From the NCBI GenBank assembly GCA_963845065.1, contig CAWJQQ010000001.1:768001-832000 (forward strand): a stretch of 64,000 nucleotides of DNA, read 5' to 3'. The notes under the pieces are model-generated. The model saw only the letters and a program-made list of their open reading frames with translations. It was not told the origin of the DNA and searched no databases. Position numbers and translations under genes: made by a program. Shown in pieces: positions 42,450-53,447 of this stretch. The stretch is from Nitrospirota bacterium (lineage in GTDB: Bacteria > Nitrospirota > UBA9217). Position 1 is the first letter of the stretch; every line of letters begins with the position of its first letter.

Positions 42450-43142
42450 ATGAGAAAGCCAAGGGTTGTTATATTCAATTATAGCGGGCACGTTCAACAT
42501 GAGCTGTCAATTTTTTTCTATAATAGGGGTTACGAGACCTTTAGTGTTACGGAATCTATATCTTGTCCAATTTACGACAAAAAGGAGAACAAAACATGCG
42601 TCGGCCCCGTTCTCTGCTGTGATATCATGGTCGCAGTACAGGAAATAGAGCAAAGGAAGAGTTTTGACCTCTTCAGTAGGCAGTTTCAGATCGGATGTAA
42701 ACTGACATCTCGTAATAAAGCGATCATCACTCGCTCCCTCGTCCATGACGGGCTTGATCACATTGCAGACCGGGGAATAAAAATATTCGGGAATACTCTC
42801 GATATAGGCGGATTTGAAGCTTGGGTCAAAGACTGTGAAAGTCGTATGGTTCTGACGCAAAGACTCGCCATTGTGCGTCGCGCAATCAGGCATGACTCTA
42901 GCAAGCATGTCCAGTTTCGATTGACTGGTGAAGATCTTGACTTCGATGCGCAAGCAATGAACGTAAGCAGTTGCGGAATCTGCCTAAAGATATCTAATCT
43001 GCTCAAACAAGGGCAGGTGCTTCATTTTGCGGATAAGAATTTTGTGGATCAGAATTGGACAGACGTTGAAGAGGGTATAGTACAATGGACGAAGAAGCTT
43101 GAAGACGGATGGTATCTCACTGGGGTGACATTCTGTGTGTAA
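42450..43142 (+). CDS. Degenerate receiver-like domain fused to a C-terminal PilZ-like domain
   Basis: REC-like fold lacking the acidic residues; RRAIR and NVSSCG PilZ motifs; ends V.W......Y..GV.F. Confidence 0.65.
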   Translation: MRKPRVVIFNYSGHVQHELSIFFYNRGYETFSVTESISCPIYDKKENKTCVGPVLCCDIMVAVQEIEQRKSFDLFSRQFQIGCKLTSRNKAIITRSLVHDGLDHIADRGIKIFGNTLDIGGFEAWVKDCESRMVLTQRLAIVRRAIRHDSSKHVQFRLTGEDLDFDAQAMNVSSCGICLKISNLLKQGQVLHFADKNFVDQNWTDVEEGIVQWTKKLEDGWYLTGVTFCV

Positions 43143-43208
43143 AATGTGCGTTGTTTTTCAATGTGCTCACGAATTCATCAAGTTGCATCACGGGAGGAGG
43201 AAATAGTT

Positions 43209-43523
43209 ATGGCGGCATTAGAGACAGTTAAAAAAATAAAAGAGTCTATAGGTAGGGATTTAACAATACGGCAAATAGAATTCACGTTCCGTGCTCAAGA
43301 AGCCAAAAAAGCATACATCGCAGGAACATTCAATGATTGGAATACGAAATCAATGCCTATGAAAAAAGGCAAGGACGGAACCTGGAGAATCATGCTCAAA
43401 CTCTCTCCGGGAAGGTACGAGTATAAGTATTTCGTAGACGAAACATGGGCGCAAAATATTCCTGGCGAAGAATTGGCCCCAAATCCTTTCGGTACCAACA
43501 ATTGCGTAATAAGTGTCGAGTAA
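43209..43523 (+). CDS. CBM48/AMPK-beta-like glycogen-binding (early set) protein
   Basis: A..AYIAGTFNDW...PM.K..DG.W...L.L.PGRYEYKYFVD and NPFG..N. Confidence 0.88.
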   Translation: MAALETVKKIKESIGRDLTIRQIEFTFRAQEAKKAYIAGTFNDWNTKSMPMKKGKDGTWRIMLKLSPGRYEYKYFVDETWAQNIPGEELAPNPFGTNNCVISVE

Positions 43524-43629
43524 GTGATGTAGATAGTATAACTGTAAGCCAGACAAGATATAAAAAATAAATAGAGAACTCAGTGTAATATAGGAATCTT
43601 AACCGGAAGGTCGACTGTAAGCGTAATTA

Positions 43630-43749
43630 GTGTTCAGGACGTATAATCGCATCAGGAAGCATTCGGCATTAGGATACAAGAGCCCAGAGCAGCAGGAAAA
43701 GAGCCTAAGAGAAACTTAACTAGGTGTCCACTTTTTCGGGGGAAGATCA
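43630..43749 (+). mobile_element. IS3-family right-end remnant
   Basis: Encodes YNRIRKHSALGYKSP then a stop, followed by terminal IR GTGTCCACTTTTTCGGGGGAAGATCA. Confidence 0.75.
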
Positions 43750-43823
43750 CTGGATAATATGCCTGCTTGACATTAATGTCAACGATATCCGCCCATGAAT
43801 CGTTTGATCCATGGGCTATTTAT

Positions 43824-43960
43824 AAAACCTGTCCTTGAATACCCAGCAGTTCTACTGCTGGGAAGAAAAGGACAATCCTGACGAAGTCAGGATAAGAATC
43901 TGATTGGTTTTAGGTTCTATCGGTTTTGATGCCCCGCAGCTCTGCAGCGGGGTAATTCAC
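43824..43960 (+). mobile_element. Family A 137-bp element, copy 3
   Basis: Same sequence and boundaries as 28985. Confidence 0.85.
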
Positions 43961-44544
43961 TTTTTCGGTAAAAAACATTAACTTGATCTGTCATCATGAT
44001 TTATTCTCTCTATCCTCCACTCTAATTTGCCATAGGGGACGTGTACCAGCAATATTTACACGGCAGGGCCTCGTTAAAATGCTGACGTTGATCGAGCAAC
44101 GTTATGTAGTGAACTTGCGTGCTTGGCCTTAAAGTAGTTTAATTACGAATTGTTGAAACGACACTGTTCCAGTGAATTAAAACCAACTATCCAAATTCGA
44201 TATTGTGCATCACGCATCCATTTTGCATCGGTACCGGTACTATTTTTAGCGATCTCCCACCCGTCCTGATCGGTCGGGCAGACGCGACTGATGCCCTTTT
44301 GCCCTCTCTGGGCTATCCACTCATACTATTCAAAAATCGAATACACGTTTCGATAATCCTATAGACTTCCCTCTTGTTTTTACTCGTTCCAAGCGATTCT
44401 CAAACACCTCTACGAGTCTCAATCGATCCTATTCTATTGATTTTATAATTCTTGTGCAGGTATACTCTTATGCTCTCATTCTTTGGCATGACAGATGCAT
44501 TTTATGAAATCAGAAAGACGAAATATAGATGGGAGATGGTGGTA

Positions 44545-45372
44545 ATGAAGCTGGTTACATTATATATATTTTTACTCTTCGCACCCGGGTTTGCTATTGC
44601 CCAGAATATATCAGAGAAAGAAAACGACGCAGCAAATCGGAACGTACAAGTAGCCGCCCCTCAGCTGTCAGCAGACCGTAATCAAAGTACCGCTGTCGAA
44701 CTGAACGCCCTTTATGACGAATCGAAATTTGGGGCCGAGCCGGAGTACTATAGGGGGATAAAACAGCCCGATCATTTTGACCCCGGCATCATAGGGGAAT
44801 GGAACGAGCGTGTATTTAATACACTAAAAACTTATTTCACTTCAAGACGGAAGGACCTTGTGTATGGTTATGGTCAGCAGAGCACTACTTATGTCGATGA
44901 ACAGACAAGCGAGAGAAACATGGTAATAAAAGTTGTCTTGAATGAGACCTTGAGTTTAACGAGAGAGCGAATACCAGAGATCGACAGTCTGGTTAAGGCC
45001 CTGAAATTCGAGATTTCGAGTGAGACCACTGGAACAAAGAGCGAAGAGGAGGCAAAGGACAAAAGAACCATCGAAGCGAGCACTGTCAAAAAGAACGTTA
45101 CCGAGGATAAGGTATATTATAAAACGGGAGTGCGCCTGAGGGTAGAGGGTTCGTTCCTGGGGCTTGCATCCGAGACGGAGGTCAACTACAACAGTGTGTC
45201 CTATTATTATAAAGTGAATTTCGACCATCAGAACGATAACAGCCTGGGCTTTGTATGCGTTGTCGGGAGGGACATCTATATTAAATTTGAGCATAGCTTT
45301 ACCGGCGCGATAGATCCAATAACGAAAAACAGGTCGAATCGCAATATAGTCCAACTGGTCAGTAAATTTTAG
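44545..45372 (+). CDS. Hypothetical exported protein (possibly beta-rich C-terminus)
   Basis: Signal peptide MKLVTLYIFLLFAPGFAIA; alternating-residue C-terminus ending in F. Confidence 0.6.
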   Translation: MKLVTLYIFLLFAPGFAIAQNISEKENDAANRNVQVAAPQLSADRNQSTAVELNALYDESKFGAEPEYYRGIKQPDHFDPGIIGEWNERVFNTLKTYFTSRRKDLVYGYGQQSTTYVDEQTSERNMVIKVVLNETLSLTRERIPEIDSLVKALKFEISSETTGTKSEEEAKDKRTIEASTVKKNVTEDKVYYKTGVRLRVEGSFLGLASETEVNYNSVSYYYKVNFDHQNDNSLGFVCVVGRDIYIKFEHSFTGAIDPITKNRSNRNIVQLVSKF

Positions 45373-45508
45373 TGAATTACCCCGCAGCAGAGCTGTGGGG
45401 CATCAAAACCGATAGAACCTAAAACCAATCAGATTCTTATCCTGACTTCGTCAGGATTGTCCTTTTCATCCAAGCAGTAGAACTGCTGGGTATTCAAGGA
45501 CAGGTTTT
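45372..45508 (-). mobile_element. Family A 137-bp element, copy 4 (inverted)
   Basis: Reverse complement of 28985; its end overlaps the stop codon of the upstream gene. Confidence 0.85.
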
Positions 45509-45542
45509 ATAAAGTGTCGACAGCACACCTCTCATCTGCATT

Positions 45543-45676
45543 TTAACTTGCAATTCTCTGAAGCTTGCTACAGGGTCACCGTATAGAGGGAAGAGTTTGA
45601 GAAACCGCAGGTTTCTCAATTGACAATCGTCTTCCTATTTATAAATACCACGCAGCTTGCTGCGTGGAAGTTCATT
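45543..45676 (+). mobile_element. Family B 134-bp element, copy 2
   Basis: Near-identical to 34734-34867. Confidence 0.8.
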
Positions 45677-46390
45677 CGCGGCATCTGCCCATAAAATACG
45701 CCAAGAAATCATTGACAATCGCAGTCATTTGGCCTGATCTGATTAATGAATGAAGGGACGTCCTTGAATTATGGACTTGGAGATATATTTAGAAGAACAT
45801 CTAAGAGAAGTTTCCTACCTATAGAAATATCCCCCGCAGATTCTTTGTGATACTTCCACGTCCCAAATAATAAAGACATCCCCAAGATGCCCCCAGGAAA
45901 CTGATGCACTTTGCCTATAGGGATGCCGAATGCCATCGCCTGGCCGCTGATGAAAAAAAAAGAATGATTCGATCCAAAGTATTTCAATCAGGAGGATCAA
46001 AACGCGCAGAAAAAAGCGGCATGATCCGTGAAATTCAAAATCCTATTTCGACGGGAGAGTCCGATATGCGCGATTGAGGGCTGTTGACCTAGCACAAAAC
46101 AATCCTAGGCATCTCGTTTGAACGATGGAATCTGGATGAGGGATTCTTTGCGGCCAGAGCTAAAAGCGCGGCACGCCGAATAGCAATAACCATCAGAGAT
46201 ATCGTTCGTCAGGATTCGAGAGCCTAGCCGAGAAAGCAATAGCGGCAGGAAGGCCGAAAGGAGAACCGCGCCTTATAAACATCGCAAATATATATAGTAC
46301 CGAAAATACTCAAAGTTCATTTTATTTTTGACAGGTATGACATAGTATGTTCTGTGAGGGGCATTGATAAAAATCATATGGCCTAATAAT

Positions 46391-48430
46391 GTGACACTCC
46401 TCATGCCGAAAGGGAGGAGAAACGGTGAAAACAAACCATGCCTACGTGAGGTATAGGAGATGCCTACTCGACCAACACTTATAGAATCAACCTGAATTTG
46501 TAAAAGCGCCGGGATAAACCGGCATAGAGTCGGGGGTGAAAGTCCCCTACGTGAAAGGATGAGCTGATCCATCATGGCCTCGAGTCATGCGCGGGCAGTC
46601 GTGAGATTGCACGTGAAGCGTTGACAGAGGAAACGCAGGCCAGCCATTGAGCTCCGAAATCCGGTGATTCGGGGTGCCGACCGCGTACGAATGCTGGGAA
46701 GGCACTACTGGCAACGCCGCTATCCAGCCAGACGTTGCCCGACCCCGCGGAGTCAGAGAACCTGAGCATGCGTGGATACTCTATGTTCGAGAACTGGGAG
46801 AGCTCAGCAGCTCCCGCTAGGAAACATTAAGCGGGACGGTAAGGGAAGGCCTGTGGCCGCGATCCTTATATGCACGCTGCTGAGCAGTCTGACATCGGCG
46901 TACTACCTAAGAAGGTGCCGAACAAAGCTGCATGTTCCCCATGCGGCGGCGGAGGCTCTGGAGGGAAGGCTGATGACCAAGGGGAAATTCTGGAAAGTCG
47001 TCTGCGACCTGTACGCAGAGACAGGGGTAAGCATTGAACGGACTTGACGGGATACGTGAAGCAGCGGCAAGGGATGGGAACCTTCGTTTCACCAGCCTCA
47101 TGCACCATATCACAGAAGAAATGCTTCGGGATGCTTACAATGCGCTCAAACGCAACGCGGCAGCCGGGGTAGACGATGTGACATGGCAAGAGTACGGTGA
47201 GGGACTGGATGTCCGGATAAAGGACCTCCACGATCGGGTAAAGAGTGGCAGGTTCCGAGCAAAGCCTTCGAAGCGGGTATGGATACCCAAGCCGGACGGT
47301 CGTCAAAGACCAATCGGCATAGCCGCACTTGAGGACAAGATAGTCCAACAAGCGGTGGTGTGGGTACTGAGCCATATCTACGAAAAGGACTTTCTCGGTT
47401 TCAGCTACGATTTCGACCGGAGCGTAGCCAGCATAACGCGCTGGATGCGATATGGATGGGAATCACCCGAATGAAGGTAAACTGGGTGCTGGATGCGGAC
47501 ATAAAGAGTTTCTTTGACACGATCAATCATGCGTGGCTGATGAAGCTCCTGGAACGTCGCATCGCAGACCCCCGGATGCTCCGCCTGATCCGAAAGTGGC
47601 TCAGGGCCGGAGTATCGGAAGACGGCGAGTGGTCAAAGACGGAGGTAGGCACGCCGCAAGGGTCAGTCATATCGCCCTTGCTCAGTAATATCTACCTGCA
47701 TTACGTTCTTGACAAGTGGGTAACAGAATGGCGAAAGAACAAAGCAAACGGTGAAGTAATCATCGTTCGCTACGCCGACGATTTCGTCATGAGGTTTCAA
47801 TACCGGAGCAGTGTGGAACGTTTCCTGCAAGAAATGAAGAAACGATTCGCCGCTTTCGGGCTTGAAATTCACAGCGAAAAGACCCGGCTCATCGAGTTCG
47901 GACGGTTCGCGGAAGCAAACCGCGCCGAGCGGGGAGAAGGGAAGGCTGAAACGTTTGACTTTCTCGGGTTCACGCATATCTGTAGCAGGACCTGGAAGAA
48001 CAATCGTTTCACTATACACCGCAGAACAATCGCCAAACGTCTTCGGGCAAAGCTGAAGGAAGTGAGAAAAGAGCTTATTCAACGCAGGCATGAGCCGGTG
48101 CCGGTACTTGGTAAGTGGCTCAGGTCAGTGGTACAGGGTCATCTCAATTACTTCGCGGTGCCCGGCAACATAAAGGCATTACAGGCGTTTCGCACGGAGA
48201 TAAATAAGGCATGGCTCTTCGCGTTAAGGCGCCGCAGCCATAAGGCCAGAAATCTAACGTGGGACCGGATGAAATGCCTAATAAAGACGTGGATACCCGC
48301 AGCCAAAATCAAGCACCCGTACCCGCACCAAAGGCTTTGCGTGAACCACCCGAGGTAAGAGCCGTGTGAGGTAGTGCCTCTAGCACGGATCCGTGCGGGG
48401 GGCGTCCAGTAACGGACGCCCTACCGCGAT
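46391..48430 (+). mobile_element. Group II intron (class E-like; 5' boundary uncertain)
   Basis: Domain I motifs CGAGTCATGC...GAAGCGTTGACAG...ATTGAGC; domain V GAGCCGTGTGAGGTAGTGCCTCTAGCACGGATC; domain VI ending CTACCGCGAT. Confidence 0.88.
47034..48358 (+). pseudogene. ltrA: Group II intron reverse transcriptase/maturase with a single frameshift near 47408
   Basis: IPKPDGRQRPIGI, DADIKSFFD, GTPQGSVISP and RYADDF; FSY-GFRP broken by a 1-nt deletion; no endonuclease domain. Confidence 0.9.
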
Positions 48431-48957
48431 TAATGTCTGACACAAAAAAACCGCTCGACCAAAACGAATTTCTTGAAATACGCCTTTGAAAAAATTCACA
48501 CGATGTCGATGACTTCTACTATAAATTGCTTCCGCCGAAGGTATATCCCGACCTTAGCTTCGAGGTTTTTGGCAATGTTCGATACCGTCTGTGAGCTGAC
48601 TCTCGTGCCGACAAGGGGCTTAAAGGCCTGGCCGGTAAAACGCGTGGAGGCTCCATACAAGAAAATCCGGAGTAATGCCGCATCTCCACCTCCTGCACGC
48701 CCTGCTGATCGCGCTTTGTAACCTTGCTTTCATACCACACGCCCCGAATCCGGGGCATCCGATTGTCCAGTCGACCTTCTTTCAAAAGAATATATCTTGT
48801 CCAATGACCATGCCGGTAATGAGCCCTCGTATCAGTTCGCCCGTAGGATTGGCAGAGTAACAGCTCTGTCCGCTCTGCCTCCAGTACCTCCTCGATAAGC
48901 TTCCTCCTGAAATCTTTTTGCGCGGCTTGGAGTTAGTTACGAAATCGCTGCACACAC

Positions 48958-48984
48958 TAAAGTATTTGATTTAAATTCCGATAA
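48958..48984 (+). promoter_or_regulatory. sigma28 (FliA)-type promoter
   Basis: TAAA-15 nt-TCCGATAA upstream of the binding protein/MCP pair. Confidence 0.7.
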
Positions 48985-49071
48985 GAAGTTAAATGCAGTC
49001 TATCAGGACTGAAAAGGCGTTTTTGCTCAATCATATGATAGGAGGCATACTAATATTCAGGAGGTATCGAG

Positions 49072-50220
49072 ATGAAGAGAGGATTCTTGTTTTTGCTCAT
49101 GATTTGTTTCACGCTGGCTGCTGCTGTCTGCACTGCCGAACCCGGAGTCAGCGACTCGGAGATCAAGATAGGAATGGTAAACGCACAATCCGGACCGGCA
49201 TCCGCTCTCGGCAAAGGAATGCTGTCAGGCGCAGGTGCCGTCTTCAGGGAGGTTAACGAAAAGGGGGGCATAAGCGGCAGGAAGATCAATCTTGTTGTTG
49301 CGGATGATGGTTATGAACCCGACAAGGCCGTAGACGCTACGCTCAGGATGATCGAAGTGGAGAAGGTCTTTGCCCTGTTCGGCTATGTTGGCACGCCCAC
49401 GGCCAATGCGGTCATACCGATCGTAAAGGACGCCAAGGTTCCTCTGGTTGGCCTTTTTACTGGCGCAATGACGCTTCGAAAGCCGGTGACGCATGAGATT
49501 ATTAACATTAGGGCTTCCTATGATGATGAAGGGGAGAAACTTGTAGACAACATGTTGAAGGCCGGCGCAAAGAAGATAGGCGTTTTTTACCAGGATGATG
49601 GATTCGGTACTGCTGTATTGTCGGCTACCGAAAAGGCGTTGAAAAAGAGGGGCATGGAAGTGGCTGCAAAAGGCACCTTCCAGAGAAATACCCTTGCAGT
49701 TAAGGCGGGTTTTGCATCGATTATCTCCGCCAATCCCGATGCAGTGGTTTTGGTGGGGCCTTATACACCTCTGGCTGCATTCATCAAGGTCGCAAAGGAA
49801 GAGGGACTTAAAGCACGGCTCGCCACAGTCTCTTTTGTCGGAACCGACAGCCTTGTAAAGCTGGTTGGTGATCAAGGTAATGGCGTAATCATCTCCCAAG
49901 TCGTTCCGTTCCCCGAAGATATTTCCATCCCTGTTGTAAAAGAATGCAGCGAGATCGTAAAAAAATATTCGAACGAACCACTCGGTTTCGTCAATCTTGA
50001 AGGCTGCGTAACTGCTAAGGCGATTGTCAAGGCTATGGAGTCGATGGGGAAGAACATAACACGAGAAGGCCTTATCAGTGCATTCGAGGGCATGAAGGGC
50101 GTTGATATTGGAGGAATGGTATTCCAAATGGGACAAGACAATCACCAGGCCTCCGATATTGTATATCTCACAGAGATAAAAAACGGAAAGATCACATCCA
50201 TAAATGAAATCACCAAGTAG
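49072..50220 (+). CDS. Periplasmic ligand-binding protein (branched-chain amino acid ABC SBP-like)
   Basis: Signal peptide; GVSDSEIKIG...SGPA, N..GGI.GRKI.L...DDGYEP and RASY..E. Confidence 0.9.
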   Translation: MKRGFLFLLMICFTLAAAVCTAEPGVSDSEIKIGMVNAQSGPASALGKGMLSGAGAVFREVNEKGGISGRKINLVVADDGYEPDKAVDATLRMIEVEKVFALFGYVGTPTANAVIPIVKDAKVPLVGLFTGAMTLRKPVTHEIINIRASYDDEGEKLVDNMLKAGAKKIGVFYQDDGFGTAVLSATEKALKKRGMEVAAKGTFQRNTLAVKAGFASIISANPDAVVLVGPYTPLAAFIKVAKEEGLKARLATVSFVGTDSLVKLVGDQGNGVIISQVVPFPEDISIPVVKECSEIVKKYSNEPLGFVNLEGCVTAKAIVKAMESMGKNITREGLISAFEGMKGVDIGGMVFQMGQDNHQASDIVYLTEIKNGKITSINEITK

Positions 50221-50269
50221 TAGAGTATACGCCTTCCGGCATGTTGCAGAGAGTTCTTTGAGGTGACTG

Positions 50270-52741
50270 TTGAATATCAGGAAAAAGCTGTATGGCAGCG
50301 TTTTTGTCACGATAATTGGGATCGGAGTGTTTCTTGCCGTCACTATCTATGCGAACTCCAGAATCCGTTCGGCGGTTGACATCATGACCGAAAAAACCAC
50401 ACCCCTGCAGGCAAAGGTCCTTGGATTGCAGCAGGAGATCGAAAAGATGTCAGCGAATTTTCTGCGGCTCAGCTACGTTACGGACAATGCCGATTTCAAG
50501 CAGGTATCAGACAACATCGGCATAAACATAGTTAATATCGAAAGGATAAATGCAGATATCCAGCAACTAGGTAACAGTTCCACCGGGACAGACACATCGC
50601 CTCTGAAAAATATCCATTCTACCCTATCCAGAGTCTCCCAGCAGAGGATTACAGACATTGCTGCATTCAAGACCGGGATATCAGACGTCAATTCACAGAT
50701 CAAGGTGACCGGGGCCGCCTATTCCAACATAATCGAAAAACTTACCGTACTACGTTTGGAAGGCATTCGAACGAGTAGGGAATCAGAGGAATTCAGCAAC
50801 AAGACTAATGCCGCGATTAGAAAGATACTTGTCCTTCAATCTAAGCTAGTAGAAATTGAAAAGCTAGTAAGCGATGTTGAATCGGTCAGCAACAAATACA
50901 AGCTTTCTCCGTATAAGGAAAATGCCAAAGCGATCACTGACTCTGTAGACGAAGTGACTTATACAAAGGACGACCCGGTTGTCATTAAAGATATAAAATA
51001 CGCTGCAAAAGATATGTATAAACTGATCGTGGGGGAAGAAACCGGCGTTATCCCGCTTAAATGGGCGATACTTTCAGGTAACAGCGTTACAGGGCAGTAT
51101 CAAGCGCAAAAAGCTAATATATCCAAATATGTCGAGGGTTTGCTTGTCAGGGTTTCCGAAACCATGGATCAGCTCGAGATTCAACGTATGAAGGGGAAAC
51201 AGCAGGCAAACAAATCGGTGAGCGTGAAACAAACTGTAGCTGCTATCGAAGATGTCGTAAGCGCGGGTAACGACATGAACCTTAACATCAAAGAGCTTAA
51301 CAGCCTTGTCAGACTGGCAATGCTCAGCTCTTCGAATGCTGAGCTCCAGAAAACCGCATCCGACATAGTAAAGGTCCGGGAGAAGATTGCTGAAAATATT
51401 AACGGCATGTTGTCCTTGCTCAACAAAATGGGCCAGGAGAGCCTTTCAAAAGATACTTCGGAGATGCGGCAGACATTGAAGAATGTAGATGCGGCGATTG
51501 AAAGAATGCTCTCCGCGAAAAGGGGCGTCCTTGAAGGCGATGCCGAGATGCAAAAGGTTATAAGTCAAGTCAATGTGATTGCTGGAGAAAATGCCAGAAG
51601 GGCAGGAAATGAGGTTAAGGACATAGAGTTGAAGCAGCAGGACATAATGAACGAGGTCAAAGTCACTATGAATCAGACGCTTTTGATTATCGTAATGACG
51701 GTGGTCGTCGTCCTAGGGTTCGTTACAGTTACCAGCATCATTACAGCAAGAGGAGTTATAAAAGGAATAAGCGAAACCGAAAAGCTTATTAAAGATGTTT
51801 CGACCGGCAACCTTGCAGTGAAGATCCATACTAAGAGCCGTGACGAAATAGGAGTTATGAGCGCTCAGCTGAACAGCCTTGTAGAAAAACTCAAAGAGAT
51901 CGTCACCATCATCTACGACAAAAGCAATGCTGTTACACGCTCTGCAATGGAGATCGCAACCACAAGCACGCAACTCCACCAACGAGCGACCAATCAGGCT
52001 GAGGAGGTGACGATCCTCTCAGCTTCCGCGGAACAGTTATCTGCAACGACCTTAGACATGTCCAAACATTCTGTACAAATAGCCGAATTCACTGCAACTA
52101 CCAGTCGTATGGCCGATGAAGGCGGCAAAGAGATCTTACATGCGCTCACCGGCATCGTATCAGTCTCCGCCGCAGTCAGTGATATTTCCATTGCAATGAA
52201 AGAGCTTTCCACGAACTCGGACCGTATAGGAGAGATCGTTACCACCATAAAGGCCATCGCCGACCAAACGAACCTGCTCTCCTTAAATGCGGCCATCGAG
52301 GCTGCCCGAGCCGGGGAACAAGGGCTGGGATTTGCTGTTGTTGCCGACGAGGTACGGAAGCTTGCGGATAAGACTGTGGCCGCCGCAGAAGAGGTCTCAG
52401 ATATCGTACGAACCATTCAATCTGAAACAGGTGCAGTTGAAAAGTCGGTCAAAAGAGGGATCGATTCCGTCGATTCTGCTATAAAGCTGACCAATAAGTC
52501 CGGTGATACGCTGAAGCACATTATTGGCGGCATCAATCAAATTACAGAGATGATCGACCAGATAGTTCCATCCATTTCAGAACAGTCCTCCACAACCAAT
52601 TCCATGACCTCCAATATACTGCATATCAATAATGTTACGTCTGAATTCGCTGCCGCGATGCAAGGCATGACAAGAGCATCGACAGGCCTTGACGCCATTG
52701 CACAGGAACTGCAGTCCACTCTGAAGCACTTTCAGATATGA
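50270..52741 (+). CDS. Methyl-accepting chemotaxis protein
   Basis: TM, large helical periplasmic region, [43 protein letters not shown]. Confidence 0.95.
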   Translation: MNIRKKLYGSVFVTIIGIGVFLAVTIYANSRIRSAVDIMTEKTTPLQAKVLGLQQEIEKMSANFLRLSYVTDNADFKQVSDNIGINIVNIERINADIQQLGNSSTGTDTSPLKNIHSTLSRVSQQRITDIAAFKTGISDVNSQIKVTGAAYSNIIEKLTVLRLEGIRTSRESEEFSNKTNAAIRKILVLQSKLVEIEKLVSDVESVSNKYKLSPYKENAKAITDSVDEVTYTKDDPVVIKDIKYAAKDMYKLIVGEETGVIPLKWAILSGNSVTGQYQAQKANISKYVEGLLVRVSETMDQLEIQRMKGKQQANKSVSVKQTVAAIEDVVSAGNDMNLNIKELNSLVRLAMLSSSNAELQKTASDIVKVREKIAENINGMLSLLNKMGQESLSKDTSEMRQTLKNVDAAIERMLSAKRGVLEGDAEMQKVISQVNVIAGENARRAGNEVKDIELKQQDIMNEVKVTMNQTLLIIVMTVVVVLGFVTVTSIITARGVIKGISETEKLIKDVSTGNLAVKIHTKSRDEIGVMSAQLNSLVEKLKEIVTIIYDKSNAVTRSAMEIATTSTQLHQRATNQAEEVTILSASAEQLSATTLDMSKHSVQIAEFTATTSRMADEGGKEILHALTGIVSVSAAVSDISIAMKELSTNSDRIGEIVTTIKAIADQTNLLSLNAAIEAARAGEQGLGFAVVADEVRKLADKTVAAAEEVSDIVRTIQSETGAVEKSVKRGIDSVDSAIKLTNKSGDTLKHIIGGINQITEMIDQIVPSISEQSSTTNSMTSNILHINNVTSEFAAAMQGMTRASTGLDAIAQELQSTLKHFQI

Positions 52742-52749
52742 AAAGCTTT

Positions 52750-53391
52750 TTATAGAGCCCCTATTTCATATAGCGCATAGCGAAGATCTGATTTTCCCTG
52801 TTTGGAAATGACCGGGGTCGCTGAATATGATGTCTTCCCGCTCCGATTCGCACAGAGGTCAAGACCGGCCATTTTCAACACCTGCTTCGCACTCGTAAAC
52901 CGGTGAGGATTCCCGATAACCCCCAAGACCTTAGCGGAAAGAGCTGGCCCGAATCCTGGAATGCTCAAGAGGTATGTGTACTCGGGAAACTCCAGGCAAA
53001 CATTCTCAAGTTTGTTTTCCACCGACTTGATGGTTTGTCAAAGCTACCTCAAACTGTCCACCATGACTTGGGCCTCAAATGATGCCGCTTCTCTCATGGT
53101 GCCGCCGATGGAGTCGACCGCTGCCCTCCAGATTGCCCCGACCCGGCGCCACGGTGCGGCAGAATGTGTCGTATTCCATTCCGGCAATTGCCGACGGATC
53201 GAGGCATTCTCGCACCACTGACAGGGTCTCTAAAGGGCCAAAGTGGTGGTCCAGCTCAGGGAAATATTGAGCAAGGAGATTATTATGGATACACGCGCTT
53301 ATACCGTGTTTCCGCTTTTTCAGTCTCCGCTTGAGTACTATGAGCGTGCGAACATTCCGCAGTGTCATCAGGGGATACTCGTAAAACAGGC
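52750..53391 (-). pseudogene. IS110-family transposase, C-terminal part (frameshifted, truncated)
   Basis: CLFYEYP...; LLSIPGFGP...IG.PHRF.SAKQV.K.AGLD....SG and ISKQGK..LRYALY. Confidence 0.85.
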
Positions 53392-53447
53392 ATAATGCAG
53401 AGTATATTGTTATGCGGAGCCCGCTTTTCGCAGGCCCCGCAAACAGG

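Noticed and set aside
28985..45508. Family A repeats as CRISPR repeats or integron attC sites
   Set aside because: Dispersed, 137 bp, found in both orientations, no RYYYAAC/GTTRRRY boxes and no cas or intI gene
48431..48900. Short ORFs downstream of the group II intron
   Set aside because: Conflicting frames and no convincing motif; possibly a decayed gene but unsupported
49225..50343. 372-aa minus-strand ORF
   Set aside because: Antisense shadow of the binding-protein gene; no recognisable domain
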